From contig JAZDOG010000056.1 in the NCBI GenBank assembly GCA_043798915.1, forward strand, positions 17,765 through 81,764: a stretch of DNA of 64,000 nucleotides, given 5' to 3'. This stretch comes from Pseudomonadota bacterium. GTDB lineage: Bacteria > UBA10199 > 2-02-FULL-44-16 > JAAZCA01. The notes below the pieces were generated by a model. That model searched no databases. It saw only the letters and a program-made list of their open reading frames with translations, and was not told the origin of the DNA. The first letter of the stretch is position 1. Every line of letters begins with the position of its first letter. Position numbers and translations under genes: made by a program. Shown in pieces: positions 18,264 to 27,856 of this stretch.

Positions 18264-19097
18264 ATGAAAGACCATATCCAGAACCTCATAGATCTCGCCC
18301 TCGCCGAGGATATCGGCGTGGGCGATATAACGACGACGGCGATAATCGATCCGAAGGCGCGAGGCATAGGCATGATCGCCTCGCAGCAGCCTCTGGTGCT
18401 GGCCGGGATGGATGTGGCCAAGCGCGTATTCCAGACGGTCGAGCCCGGCATCTCGTGGGACGCCAGGCGCCAGGACGGCACCCGCTGCGAAAACGGCGAC
18501 ATCATCGCAACGGTTGAAGGCAGCGCACGCGGGCTTCTGGCAGCCGAGCGAACCGCGCTCAATTTTCTGCAGAAGCTGTCGGGCGTGGCCACTCTCACCA
18601 ACCTCTTCGCGCACGCGGTCCGCGACAAAAACGTGAAGATCCTCGACACGCGCAAGACGACGCCGGGCTTCCGCGCCCTGGAAAAATATGCCGTCAGGAT
18701 GGGCGGGGGGACCAACCACCGCATGGGTCTCTACGACCACTTCCTCGTCAAGAGCAACCACGTCGATTCGGCGGGCTCGCTCTCCGCTGCGCTCGAGCGC
18801 GCCATGAAAGCCAGACAGCCCGGCCAGCTGGTCTGGATCGAGGCCAGAAACGTGAAGGAAGTGAAGGAGGCGCTGGACGGCGGCGCCGACATCATCTTGC
18901 TCGACAACATGTCCGTGAACGACGTGCGCGATGCAGTGAGGACCGTGAGGGGGCGCACCAAGGTGGAGGTTTCAGGAAACATCAATCTCGAGAGCCTCAT
19001 CTCCTACGCAGCGACGGGCATCGACTATATCTCCGTCGGCACCATCACTCACTCCGCGCCGGCAGTCGACATCCACATGACCCTCAAAATAGAGTAA
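18264..19097 (+). CDS. nadC: Nicotinate-nucleotide diphosphorylase (quinolinate phosphoribosyltransferase)
   Basis: ERTALNFLQ, DTRKTTPG, NHRMGLYD, ILLDNM and ISVGTITHSA. Confidence 0.95.
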   Translation: MKDHIQNLIDLALAEDIGVGDITTTAIIDPKARGIGMIASQQPLVLAGMDVAKRVFQTVEPGISWDARRQDGTRCENGDIIATVEGSARGLLAAERTALNFLQKLSGVATLTNLFAHAVRDKNVKILDTRKTTPGFRALEKYAVRMGGGTNHRMGLYDHFLVKSNHVDSAGSLSAALERAMKARQPGQLVWIEARNVKEVKEALDGGADIILLDNMSVNDVRDAVRTVRGRTKVEVSGNINLESLISYAATGIDYISVGTITHSAPAVDIHMTLKIE

Positions 19098-19100
19098 CCG

Positions 19101-19655
19101 TCAAAACATCAAATTCAAGGCAGGATCCACCGCCGCGCCATCCTCCAGGACCTCGAAGTGCAGATGCGGGCCTGTCGATCTGCCTGTCGCTCCCATGCCT
19201 CCTATGATCGTGCCGGCTTTAACCTCCTCGCCGGCCTTCACTGCCAGCATCTGCAGGTGGCAATAGCGCGTCCCGAGCCCGCCCCCGTGCGCGACGACCG
19301 CCATCCACCCGCAGTCTGACGCCCATCCCGCAAATGAGACTCGCCCCGCGGCGGCTGCACGGACGATCGAGTCCCTCAAATTTGCAAAATCTATCCCCGC
19401 GTGAAACCGCCGGCCAGCCCCCAGCGGGTCGCGCCTCCAGCCGTAGAGCGAGCTGATCCTGCCATCGGCGGGCAGCAGCAGAAATCGCCGCTCATGGGCG
19501 ACGGCCTGGTCGCCCAGCGCACCCATCACCGGATCCGTCAGAAAAACATACCCTGTCATCCCTATGGACAGCGCATGTTCGTCTATCCGAACATCAGCGC
19601 AAGATGTGTTCGCAAAAAACAACACTATAACGATGACGGGCAAGGCAATCCTCAT
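19101..19655 (-). CDS. Exported M23 family metallopeptidase
   Basis: Signal peptide MRIALPVIVIVLFF; HAGID, YCHL and GRSTGPHLHFEV. Confidence 0.9.
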   Translation of the reverse strand: MRIALPVIVIVLFFANTSCADVRIDEHALSIGMTGYVFLTDPVMGALGDQAVAHERRFLLLPADGRISSLYGWRRDPLGAGRRFHAGIDFANLRDSIVRAAAAGRVSFAGWASDCGWMAVVAHGGGLGTRYCHLQMLAVKAGEEVKAGTIIGGMGATGRSTGPHLHFEVLEDGAAVDPALNLMF

Positions 19656-19667
19656 AGAGCTGAATAC

Positions 19668-19683
19668 TGCATAAAACATGCCA
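19668..19683 (-). promoter_or_regulatory. Probable sigma54 promoter for the M23 gene
   Basis: TGGCATGTTTTATGCA has correct GG-N10-GC spacing; the predicted +1 is about 2 nt before ATG 19655. Confidence 0.6.
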
Positions 19684-19811
19684 GCAAAACCTCCCATAAT
19701 TTCTGAAGCGCCTCTTCATTTCTGCAGCGATTCGCTGCAGGGCGAACAAAAACGCTGCAGCCGCTGAGTTAGGAATTGACTGGGATCGCACCGGATGTAT
19801 AGAGTGGCCTC

Positions 19812-21419
19812 ATGTTGGAGCTTGCCCTCCAGCGCGGCAGAACGGTCCTCACACGCCACACGGTTGGCGACGCGCCGATCACAATCGGCCGCGGCAGCGA
19901 CAACATCTTAAGGCTCGTCGATCCCGAGATATCCAGACATCACTGCAGAATAGAGAGGAAGGGGGAGGTCCTTCGCGTCACGGATCTCTCGACCAACGGA
20001 ACCCTCGTCAACGGCAAGGCATTCAGGGACGCGACCATCCGCGACGGCGACAGGCTCTCGATCGGACCGTGGACGATCATGGTCGAGGAGTCGGCCGGCG
20101 CCCTTTATCCAAACACCGTCGCATCGCCCGCCGGCGCAACTCGAATCGTCAGCTTCGACGCCCAGGAAAAGCTGCTCACCACCGAGTCGATCGAACTGAC
20201 GATCAATTCCCCCGGCCAGTCCCAGATCAAAAAAATATTTTCCTCCGGAGAGGTCACGATAGGCCAGAACGCATCCTCCGGCATCTTCGTGTCGGATCCA
20301 TACGTCTCGCGGCGCCACTGCCGCATAGAGAGCATCGGCAGCGCGGCAAGGCTCGTGGATCTCGGCTCCACAAACGGCACATACGTGAACGGCGTGCGGA
20401 TCGGCGAAACGCTCCTGGGCCCTGCCGGAAACTTCTGCATCGGGAGGACGACCGTCTTATTCCGCATCATCGAATCGAGCGAGAAGCTGGCCGAATCGAA
20501 ATCGGAGAAGCTGGGCTCCATGATCGGCCCGTCGAAGGCGATGCGCGGGGTCTTCGCGCTGATCGAGCGCGTCGGGCCCACCGGCGCCACCGTCTGCATC
20601 ACGGGCGAAAGCGGCACGGGAAAAGAGCTCGCCGCCCGCGAGCTGCACGACGGAAGTCCAAGGCGGCGCGGCCCCTTCGTGGCCGTCAACTGCGGCGCCG
20701 TCCCCGCCTCCATCATCGAGAGCCAGCTCTTCGGCCATGAACGCGGCGCATTCACGGGCGCGGTGGAGAGGATGGCTGGCCTCATCGAACAAGCCAGGGG
20801 CGGAACTCTCTTCCTGGACGAGATCGGCGAGATGCCGCTCGATATGCAGACGAGGCTGCTGCGCGTCCTGGAGACGAAGACGCTGCGCCGCGTCGGCGGG
20901 CAGGATGAAATCCCGGTCGACGTGAGGCTCGTCTGCGCCACCAACCGCGACTTGAAGCGCCTCGTCGAGGAGGGCAGGTTCAGGGAGGACCTCTTCTTCA
21001 GGATTTTCGTTGTCCCGCTCCACCTGCCGCCGCTGCGCGAACGCCCGGAGGACATCGGCGCGCTCATCGCCCATCTCATCCCGCAGCTCTCAGCGCAGGG
21101 GAAGCATCCGGTCTTCACGGACGGCGCGATTGAAAAGCTTTCCGCCCACACATGGCCTGGCAACGTCCGCGAGCTCAAAAACACGCTCGAGAGAACCCTG
21201 CTGCTTTCTGAAGGGAACGTGATCGATGCGGACGAGCTCAAGATCGAGAAGGTGAAGACGTCGGCGACTGAGAGCGGCCACCTGAAGGACCGCGAGCGCG
21301 GGGTCATCGCCGCGGCGATCAGCGAATGCAATGGAAATCTTTCGAATGCCTGCAGGAGACTGGGGATTGCGCGCACCACCCTGCAGAAAAAAATAAAGAA
21401 ATATGGCATCGTCCATTGA
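19812..21419 (+). CDS. Sigma54-dependent enhancer-binding protein with two FHA domains
   Basis: FHA motifs (IGR..SRHH..STNGT; SRRH..STNGT), GESGTGKE, GAFTGA, LFLDEIGE, WPGNVREL and a Fis-type HTH. Confidence 0.95.
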   Translation: MLELALQRGRTVLTRHTVGDAPITIGRGSDNILRLVDPEISRHHCRIERKGEVLRVTDLSTNGTLVNGKAFRDATIRDGDRLSIGPWTIMVEESAGALYPNTVASPAGATRIVSFDAQEKLLTTESIELTINSPGQSQIKKIFSSGEVTIGQNASSGIFVSDPYVSRRHCRIESIGSAARLVDLGSTNGTYVNGVRIGETLLGPAGNFCIGRTTVLFRIIESSEKLAESKSEKLGSMIGPSKAMRGVFALIERVGPTGATVCITGESGTGKELAARELHDGSPRRRGPFVAVNCGAVPASIIESQLFGHERGAFTGAVERMAGLIEQARGGTLFLDEIGEMPLDMQTRLLRVLETKTLRRVGGQDEIPVDVRLVCATNRDLKRLVEEGRFREDLFFRIFVVPLHLPPLRERPEDIGALIAHLIPQLSAQGKHPVFTDGAIEKLSAHTWPGNVRELKNTLERTLLLSEGNVIDADELKIEKVKTSATESGHLKDRERGVIAAAISECNGNLSNACRRLGIARTTLQKKIKKYGIVH

Positions 21420-21619
21420 AGCAAATTTGCCAATCCGGCATCCGAATACCCATCAGCGCGGCAACTTTTGACACCCCCATCGATCCCCTCAAAACCCTGC
21501 AGGCCCGATTTTCCGGCTACGGGCACATCAGGACCGGGTGAGAAAAACCCCAGCACCTGAGAACCTTCAAATTTTGACTTCTCAAGCGTCTGAAATGGCG
21601 GGGTTTTTTATGTGCATTC

Positions 21620-21635
21620 TGGCACTGTTTTTGCT
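21620..21635 (+). promoter_or_regulatory. Sigma54 promoter upstream of the large lipoprotein
   Basis: TGGCACTGTTTTTGCT matches TGGCAC-N5-TTGCW. Confidence 0.8.
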
Positions 21636-21748
21636 AGTTGATTAGGACTAAGAAGGGCGTGCAAGCGCTGTATTCCTCGGCTATATAATGGTGGGACAGC
21701 GCGATAGTGCGCAGGGTGGTTTAAGTCAAAACAAAAAAGGAGGGGGAT

Positions 21749-23794
21749 ATGAAGAACAAACTGTTATTGATTGGGATGTTCCTCGCTGCGGGTTTTCTCT
21801 TCGCCGCGTGCGGTGGAAGCAGCGGCGGTGGAGGCGGCAGCAGCACCGGAGGGGCAAGCGTGGATTCTCTGAGTTCGCTCCCGTCTGTCGACCTCTCACA
21901 GTATGACTCGAGCGCCGGCGCCAGCGCAAACCTGGCGGTCGGCAAGTCGATGGATATATCCAAGACATTCGGCGACGACATGCATGGCGTCGGAGGGGCC
22001 TCGCGCGCGGGCTGCGAGCAGAACATGCACAAGCAGGAGGTCTTCAGGATGAGCCAGATGTCGCAACTCGACCGGTGCTACCCTGAAGCGATGGAGAAGG
22101 CCGGCTTAATCCCCGCGATCCCGACGGGGCGCTTTGCGTACTACAGTGTCTCAAAGCCCCCCATGACGGATGCCGAGAGGGCCCAGATGTGCAGCAACAT
22201 CCCGGCTGACCGCGTGGAAGACCTCGCGGCCTGTGAAAGCGAAGCGGCGGCAGACAGCGCCGGGAAAAGCACGTACCTGAGGCTCGGAAAGATCGGCGGC
22301 GAACTCCAGATCGACATGTGCGAGGGCAGCCCCGCGACACAGGTCAACTCCGCAACGTATGGGGCAAGCGGCACGGTCTACACCGCCGCAGTCGTGAGGA
22401 AGGGCAATTTCGGAGGCAAGTCGGAGAGCGGAAAGTTCGACATGAGCGTCGATATCGGCACGGGCGGAAGCGTGACAGACAGCATAGTGACGCTGGGGAC
22501 CAACGGCCTGGTCAGCGCCGCAGGCGCCATGAACGGAAGATTCGGCAGCGGAAACATCTCGTTCAACAGGATCGCTGATTCGAGCGTGAAGATAACTGGC
22601 GCATTCGCCGGCTCGTTCACCGATCCTTTCAGCAGCTCGGTGACCTCCTTCTCGGGCAAGACATATGCCCACATGGGCGGAAGCCCCGTGACCGGCTGCG
22701 CGAAGTTTGAGTTCACGGGGAACCCGCCGGCGATGAACGTGAAGGACATGATCCCGTTCAACATCAGCGCGGACGATCTGGCGATGTTCCTCCAGACATT
22801 CGGGGCGCAGATCGGAATCACGCTGACGACCGCCAATTATCAGACAGTCCGGCTGTGTCCGAATACTGACTTCGATCCGATGAATCCTGACCCGGCCATC
22901 AAGCCCATGACGCTTCTGACCTCAGGGGACACCTGTCCAAGCGTCACGCAGGGCGGCACGGAGTGCTTCGGCGTGACAAACGCAATATCGACGACCGAAC
23001 TCGGCGCAAGCGAGGTTTCGCAGATATTCACGATCGCCGCCAACGCCACCGCGGCGTACTACGCCGAGGTGTCGGCCTTTGACCTCTTGCCCCTGAGCTC
23101 CACGATCGGGGCCATCGACTTCCCGAGGGCATGGGACTGCACGGGTGCCTTCACGGCAGTCGACTTCGCAAGCGTCAGCCGGACGGCGATAGAAGCTGCC
23201 ATAAGCAAATGCAAACAGATCGAGGAGAAGGCCCGGATGAACGGCGGCATGGGCAACGAGGGGCAGTGCGGCAAGGGCGAGCAGATGAACAGCGTCAACA
23301 ATATGGTTGATGACGGCGGCGGAACAACGACATTCGGTCCTTTTGGCGGCGAATATAGCTTCAGTGACTTCGGCGGCTGCCCGCACCAACTTGCTCTGCC
23401 TCCCAAGATTTTCGCAAACACCGTGGACGTGGCCGCCAACGAGTACTGCATACCGGTGAATGGGGGATGCGCTCCGTTCACTGTCGCTCCCGCCGGTCCT
23501 AACTTTGCCGGAACACCGACCACGTCAACCCAGGAGATCTCGTTTGGAGGTTTGTACATCCAACGGTTCGGCTACAATGCGAGTCCGGCAACAACCGCTC
23601 AAATCCGTTTTTCAAATCATTCAGATCCTTTCTGCGACGCCATCTATACCGTTAGCCAGCCGAGCTTCAGCGCACCGACTTCAGGCATCGCGATGCCAGC
23701 ACCATGTGTCGCTGCGGGCCTCACGGATCCCTCCACCGACGCTGATGCATGCAAACAGCTGTGCATGACGTCCGGAGTGGATTGCAGGCCATAA
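21749..23794 (+). CDS. Large Cys-rich lipoprotein of unknown function (681 aa)
   Basis: Lipobox FAAC, Gly/Ser linker and 20 further cysteines; SD AGGAGG; own terminator. Confidence 0.85.
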   Translation: MKNKLLLIGMFLAAGFLFAACGGSSGGGGGSSTGGASVDSLSSLPSVDLSQYDSSAGASANLAVGKSMDISKTFGDDMHGVGGASRAGCEQNMHKQEVFRMSQMSQLDRCYPEAMEKAGLIPAIPTGRFAYYSVSKPPMTDAERAQMCSNIPADRVEDLAACESEAAADSAGKSTYLRLGKIGGELQIDMCEGSPATQVNSATYGASGTVYTAAVVRKGNFGGKSESGKFDMSVDIGTGGSVTDSIVTLGTNGLVSAAGAMNGRFGSGNISFNRIADSSVKITGAFAGSFTDPFSSSVTSFSGKTYAHMGGSPVTGCAKFEFTGNPPAMNVKDMIPFNISADDLAMFLQTFGAQIGITLTTANYQTVRLCPNTDFDPMNPDPAIKPMTLLTSGDTCPSVTQGGTECFGVTNAISTTELGASEVSQIFTIAANATAAYYAEVSAFDLLPLSSTIGAIDFPRAWDCTGAFTAVDFASVSRTAIEAAISKCKQIEEKARMNGGMGNEGQCGKGEQMNSVNNMVDDGGGTTTFGPFGGEYSFSDFGGCPHQLALPPKIFANTVDVAANEYCIPVNGGCAPFTVAPAGPNFAGTPTTSTQEISFGGLYIQRFGYNASPATTAQIRFSNHSDPFCDAIYTVSQPSFSAPTSGIAMPAPCVAAGLTDPSTDADACKQLCMTSGVDCRP

Positions 23795-23829
23795 AGGGCT
23801 GCAAGGCCGCGCTCGGGCGAAAGATGAGC

Positions 23830-23870
23830 AAAAAACCCCCTCCGCTGATTCAGGCGGAGGGGGTTTTGTT
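23830..23870. terminator. Bidirectional rho-independent terminator
   Basis: AAAACCCCCTCCGC-tgattcag-GCGGAGGGGGTTTT lies between convergent genes. Confidence 0.88.
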
Positions 23871-23887
23871 TGTGTTTTCGTTTTTGG

Positions 23888-24361
23888 TTATTGGCGATCT
23901 GAAGACAGTTTCCTGAGCATCTCTCCGGCGCCCGTGTGATCGGGGTTTATTTCGAGGGCGCGCTTCAAAAATTCGATAGCCTCGTCCGTCTTCCCCTCTG
24001 TGCCCGCTATGAACCCCAGCTCGTAAAACACCTCGGCGTCCGCAACCGGATCGCGGGCCACTTCCTTGAGGAGAGGCCCGGCTTCAGCGTAGCGCGCCGC
24101 GCCAAAGTAGCTCAAGGCGAGCCCCCTCTTGAGCTCGGCGCTGTCCGGCGTCTTCTCCAGCATCTTCTTGTAGGTCTCTATCAGCGGCGCATACATCTGC
24201 TGGCGATATGCCGCCTCGCCGCGCTGCTGGATAGCCTCCATGGCAACCGGCGGAGACAGCCGCACGGGCTTGATCTCCGGCCCGCGGCGCCAGTAAACGA
24301 TGGCCGCTGCGGCAGCGCCGAGAGCCAGAATCGCCACTAAATAAAAGAGTTTGTTTTTCAT
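23888..24361 (-). CDS. Membrane-anchored TPR protein
   Basis: N-terminal TM; TPR pattern (YELG...EAIEFLKRALEINPDH). Confidence 0.8.
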   Translation of the reverse strand: MKNKLFYLVAILALGAAAAAIVYWRRGPEIKPVRLSPPVAMEAIQQRGEAAYRQQMYAPLIETYKKMLEKTPDSAELKRGLALSYFGAARYAEAGPLLKEVARDPVADAEVFYELGFIAGTEGKTDEAIEFLKRALEINPDHTGAGEMLRKLSSDRQ

Positions 24362-24415
24362 GCGTTCCTAATTATCATATCCGTGATTCGTTGTCAGCTG
24401 TCAAGAGGGAGCAAC

Positions 24416-25447
24416 ATGCGCGAGGCGATGCTCTACAACAGGGAGGCGGACAGGCAGGTGCGCTGCAACCTCTGCCGCCACGGCTGCCTGATCGGCGACG
24501 GCAAAAACGGCATCTGCAACGTGAGGCTCAACGACGCCGGGACGCTCTACTCGATATTCTACGGAAAGCCGATCGCCATGGCGGTCGATCCGATCGAAAA
24601 GAAGCCACTCTTTCACTATAAACCCGGTTCCACTGCCTTCTCGATCGCAACCCCGGGCTGCAACTTCCAGTGCACCTTCTGCCAAAACTCCGACATCTCG
24701 CAGTACGGCCGGGACGCCATGGCGCGCGTCCCGTCGCAGGAGGTGGCCCCGGAGGCGGTCGTCTCGCAGGCGAAGGCAAACCATTGCGCAAGCATTTCAT
24801 ACACCTACACCGAGCCCACGATCTTCTTCGAGTATGCCTGCGACATCGCAAGGCTCGCGAAGGCGGCCGGAATAGGCAACAACTTCGTGACGAACGGCTA
24901 CATGACCCGCGAGGCCCTGGACATCATAAAGCCGTGTCTCGACGCGGCCAACGTCGACCTCAAGGCGTTCAGGAAGGACACATATCGAAAGGTGATGAGG
25001 GCGGAGCTCGACGGCGTCCTGGATTCCATACGCTACATGAAGGAGTTGGGGCTATGGGTCGAGGTGACGACCCTCGTCGTGACGGGGATGAACGACACCG
25101 AGGCGGAGCTCTCCGACATCGCTAAATTCCTCGTCGGAGTCGGGCGCGACATTCCCTGGCACATCAGCCGCTTTGTGCCGCACTACAAGATGGAGAACAC
25201 GCCTGCCACCCCGTTCGCAACCCTCAGGATGGCGTTCGACATAGGCCGCAAGGCAGGCCTCAGATACGTCTACATGGGAAACGTCCCGGGCGACGAATCC
25301 GAGAACACATACTGCTACGATTGCGACGAGAAGCTGATCTCCCGCAACGGTTTCCGCATGACAGCCAACCGCATCACGAACCGCGGCGAGTGTCCGAAGT
25401 GCAAGGCCAAGATAGACGGGATAGGGATGGGCGTTGCGGGGAAGTGA
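24416..25447 (+). CDS. amrS: AmmeMemoRadiSam-system radical SAM enzyme
   Basis: CNLCRHGC, DPIEKKPLFH, GCNFQCTFCQN, SYTYTEP, PWHISRF and YVYMGNV. Confidence 0.92.
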   Translation: MREAMLYNREADRQVRCNLCRHGCLIGDGKNGICNVRLNDAGTLYSIFYGKPIAMAVDPIEKKPLFHYKPGSTAFSIATPGCNFQCTFCQNSDISQYGRDAMARVPSQEVAPEAVVSQAKANHCASISYTYTEPTIFFEYACDIARLAKAAGIGNNFVTNGYMTREALDIIKPCLDAANVDLKAFRKDTYRKVMRAELDGVLDSIRYMKELGLWVEVTTLVVTGMNDTEAELSDIAKFLVGVGRDIPWHISRFVPHYKMENTPATPFATLRMAFDIGRKAGLRYVYMGNVPGDESENTYCYDCDEKLISRNGFRMTANRITNRGECPKCKAKIDGIGMGVAGK

Positions 25448-25451
25448 AATC

Positions 25452-26489
25452 TTATTTCGCTGATGATCCTGCTGTCAATCCAGCAAGAATCTTCTGCAAA
25501 TCGGAACTGCTTGTTGCAGCGGCTATCCTTTTGGCTATTGCCTCCGGGATGTTTGCAGGTGCAATGTTTTGGCCTTGGGCTTTAAGAATCCCGGCTGCTT
25601 GAATTTGAGCCGGCGACGGTGCTGCCGGTGCAGGAGGCGGCCTGCCGGGGGAGCGAGGTGCAGACGCGGCGTTTGCCTCTGACGCAGCCTTTCGCTTTTC
25701 ATCCACTGCCTTGTCATACTCCGCGCGCGCCTCGTTCCTCTTTTTCAGCATATCTTTTTCGTGTTGCGTTGCGGCAGCTGCATCAGCCTTTGCCTTGGCA
25801 AGCTCCGTTTCCATTTTGGCGAGCCGGTTTTTCTTCTTATCCAGATCGCTATCGTAATAGGGATCCTTCTCCCGGTTGCGAATCGCATCCTCCTTGTCGG
25901 CAAGGCCCTTTGCCTCAGACTGGGCCCGAGCAAGCTGCTCCGGAGCCGTATTCCGTCCGACGTCAGCCACCTTGAAATATTGGTTTGGATTCAGCACGGC
26001 AGACGCAGAGGTGCGCGTCGATAACGAGGCATCGGTCATCTTCATGCCCAGGGCGTGAAAAAACAAGATAAGCGCCCCGCCAAAATTTTGATTTTCAAGG
26101 ATGCGCTCAAGGATGCCTTTCGACCACGCGCCAAAAAAATCTATATTGAACCGCCACTGGTAGAACCTCGCCATGTCGAACGAAGAACTTACGTTGCGCC
26201 TCTCCGGCTCCAGTTCCCTCCATTTTTCGGCATTGGCATGGGCAACCTGCTCGGCGGTCTCGCGAGCCGTCCTGACAGAATCCTGCAGGCCCTGCACTCC
26301 ACCGACCTTCATCTCCAGCTGCCGCTCGTCGGATTCTTTCTCTGAACGCGCCCCTCTTCCTTCGGCAAGCGCCTCGCTCGCATCATCTTGGGCTTCTTTC
26401 TTCACCTGAGCAGCGGCATCGGCCCGATCGTAGTTTTCACGAAGGGTCTTTGGGTCGACAGCTGTGGTGCCTGCCCCGCCATTCCACAT
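25452..26489 (-). CDS. Orphan coiled-coil protein with a central hydrophobic segment and a Pro-rich tail
   Basis: 345-aa ORF with GGAGG SD; Ala/Glu/Lys-rich helical regions. Confidence 0.75.
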   Translation of the reverse strand: MWNGGAGTTAVDPKTLRENYDRADAAAQVKKEAQDDASEALAEGRGARSEKESDERQLEMKVGGVQGLQDSVRTARETAEQVAHANAEKWRELEPERRNVSSSFDMARFYQWRFNIDFFGAWSKGILERILENQNFGGALILFFHALGMKMTDASLSTRTSASAVLNPNQYFKVADVGRNTAPEQLARAQSEAKGLADKEDAIRNREKDPYYDSDLDKKKNRLAKMETELAKAKADAAAATQHEKDMLKKRNEARAEYDKAVDEKRKAASEANAASAPRSPGRPPPAPAAPSPAQIQAAGILKAQGQNIAPANIPEAIAKRIAAATSSSDLQKILAGLTAGSSAK

Positions 26490-26510
26490 AGAGTTCGTCC
26501 TCCACCTATA

Positions 26511-26537
26511 TTATCGGCGGGGAGTATGCCAAAGTTG
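26511..26537 (-). promoter_or_regulatory. Sigma28 (FliA)-like promoter
   Basis: Perfect GCCGATAA -10 (26518-26511) with CAAC 15 nt upstream where TAAA is expected; IHF-consensus TATCAAGCACTTA at 26567-26579. Confidence 0.55.
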
Positions 26538-26587
26538 CGTCTTTTTGTAAATATATTTTATAGTAATATCAAGCACTTAAACTCGGT

Positions 26588-27658
26588 CTAGATAGCCAGC
26601 ATCCGGTCCAGTGCCAGTTTGGCATCTCGGGCGACGTCTTCAGACACGAAGACCTCGTTCACTTGCCCCAGATTTTCGAGCGTCCAGCAGAGGTCGGCGA
26701 GTGAAATTTTGAACATATTGGGGCAGAGCGACCGGGCGAGCGGCACTATTTTTTTCTCGGGGTGTTTGCGCGCGAGCCTCGCGACCAGATTTATCTCCGT
26801 GCCGATCACAACCGTGGAACCATCTGGCGCATCCTCAGCGTATTTCTTGAGGTACGCCGTCGAACCCTGGCTGTCCGAAAGATCCACGACCTCCGGATTG
26901 CATTCTGGATGCACCACTATCCTGCAGCCGAGGTAAGCCGCCCTCGCCTTGCCCACGTGCTCCGGCGTGAAATAGGTGTGGACGTGGCAGTAGCCCTTCC
27001 AGACGATGAGGCGTGCACCGCGAATCTTCGCCGCGTCGATTCCGCCTCCCTTCACCGCCGGATCCCAGAGCGCGACGTCGTCGTCGCTCATGAGCAGCGA
27101 TCGCGCGGTGTTTCTCCCAAGGTTCTCGTCGGGGAAAAAGAAGATGCGCTTGCCCTGCCCCGTCGCCCATTCGAACGCGCGCGACGCAGAAGATGAGGTG
27201 CAGACCGCTCCGCCTTTCTTTCCACAGAAGGCCTTGAGCTCCGCGGTCGAATTCATGTACGTGATCGGCAGAAAATCGCCGGCCGTGCCCGCCGCTTCAA
27301 GGGCGCGCCACGCGGCCTCCACCTGCTCGATCGACGCCATGTCTGCCAAGGGACAGCCCGCATCCATGTCGGGCAGGAAAACGCGCTGGCCAGGCCTCGC
27401 CAGAATGACGCTAGCCTCCGCCATGAAGTGCACGCCGCAGAAGACGATCCACTTCGCCTCTGACTCCGCGCCCTCCTTCGCCAGCGCAAAGCTGTCCCCC
27501 TCTATGTCGGCGAAACCGGCCACCTCGTCGCGCTGATAATAGTGGCCGAGGATGAGGAGCTCCTTGCCCATCCGCTCTTTGACAGCGGCGATCCGGCGCC
27601 TGAGTTCGGCTTCATCCATTTCTCGATATTTATCCGGCATCGTTTCATTTATCGGCAT
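26588..27658 (-). CDS. nadA: Quinolinate synthase
   Basis: LGHYYQ, GDS, FCGVHFMAE, AGCPLA, YMNS, CTSS, PDENLG, CHVH, VHPEC and CPNM. Confidence 0.96.
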   Translation of the reverse strand: MPINETMPDKYREMDEAELRRRIAAVKERMGKELLILGHYYQRDEVAGFADIEGDSFALAKEGAESEAKWIVFCGVHFMAEASVILARPGQRVFLPDMDAGCPLADMASIEQVEAAWRALEAAGTAGDFLPITYMNSTAELKAFCGKKGGAVCTSSSASRAFEWATGQGKRIFFFPDENLGRNTARSLLMSDDDVALWDPAVKGGGIDAAKIRGARLIVWKGYCHVHTYFTPEHVGKARAAYLGCRIVVHPECNPEVVDLSDSQGSTAYLKKYAEDAPDGSTVVIGTEINLVARLARKHPEKKIVPLARSLCPNMFKISLADLCWTLENLGQVNEVFVSEDVARDAKLALDRMLAI

Positions 27659-27856
27659 TGCGGACACCTCATATTGTGCAATTTTTATTTAGGGGAGCCT
27701 CATCCCTGGAACCCAAGCCGGCTCCCTTAAGGCTATTCATCACGAAAATGGCGGCGGTTTCAACACCTCATTAGACAGGACATCTGTCGGCACAAATCAG
27801 GGGTTTCCCTTCGTCAGCCCCTAAAAAGTTCGTATGCGCAATAATGGAAAATATAA

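Noticed and set aside
24416..25447. Complete AmmeMemoRadiSam system or RiPP cluster
   Set aside because: Only the radical SAM gene is present; no AMMECR1 or Memo partner, and no precursor peptide, is adjacent.
27690..27730. Hairpin GGGAGCC...GGCTCCC upstream of nadA as an NAD+ riboswitch
   Set aside because: It is a simple stem-loop that I could not match to the NAD+-I (nadA motif) consensus as I recall it; an Rfam search would be needed.
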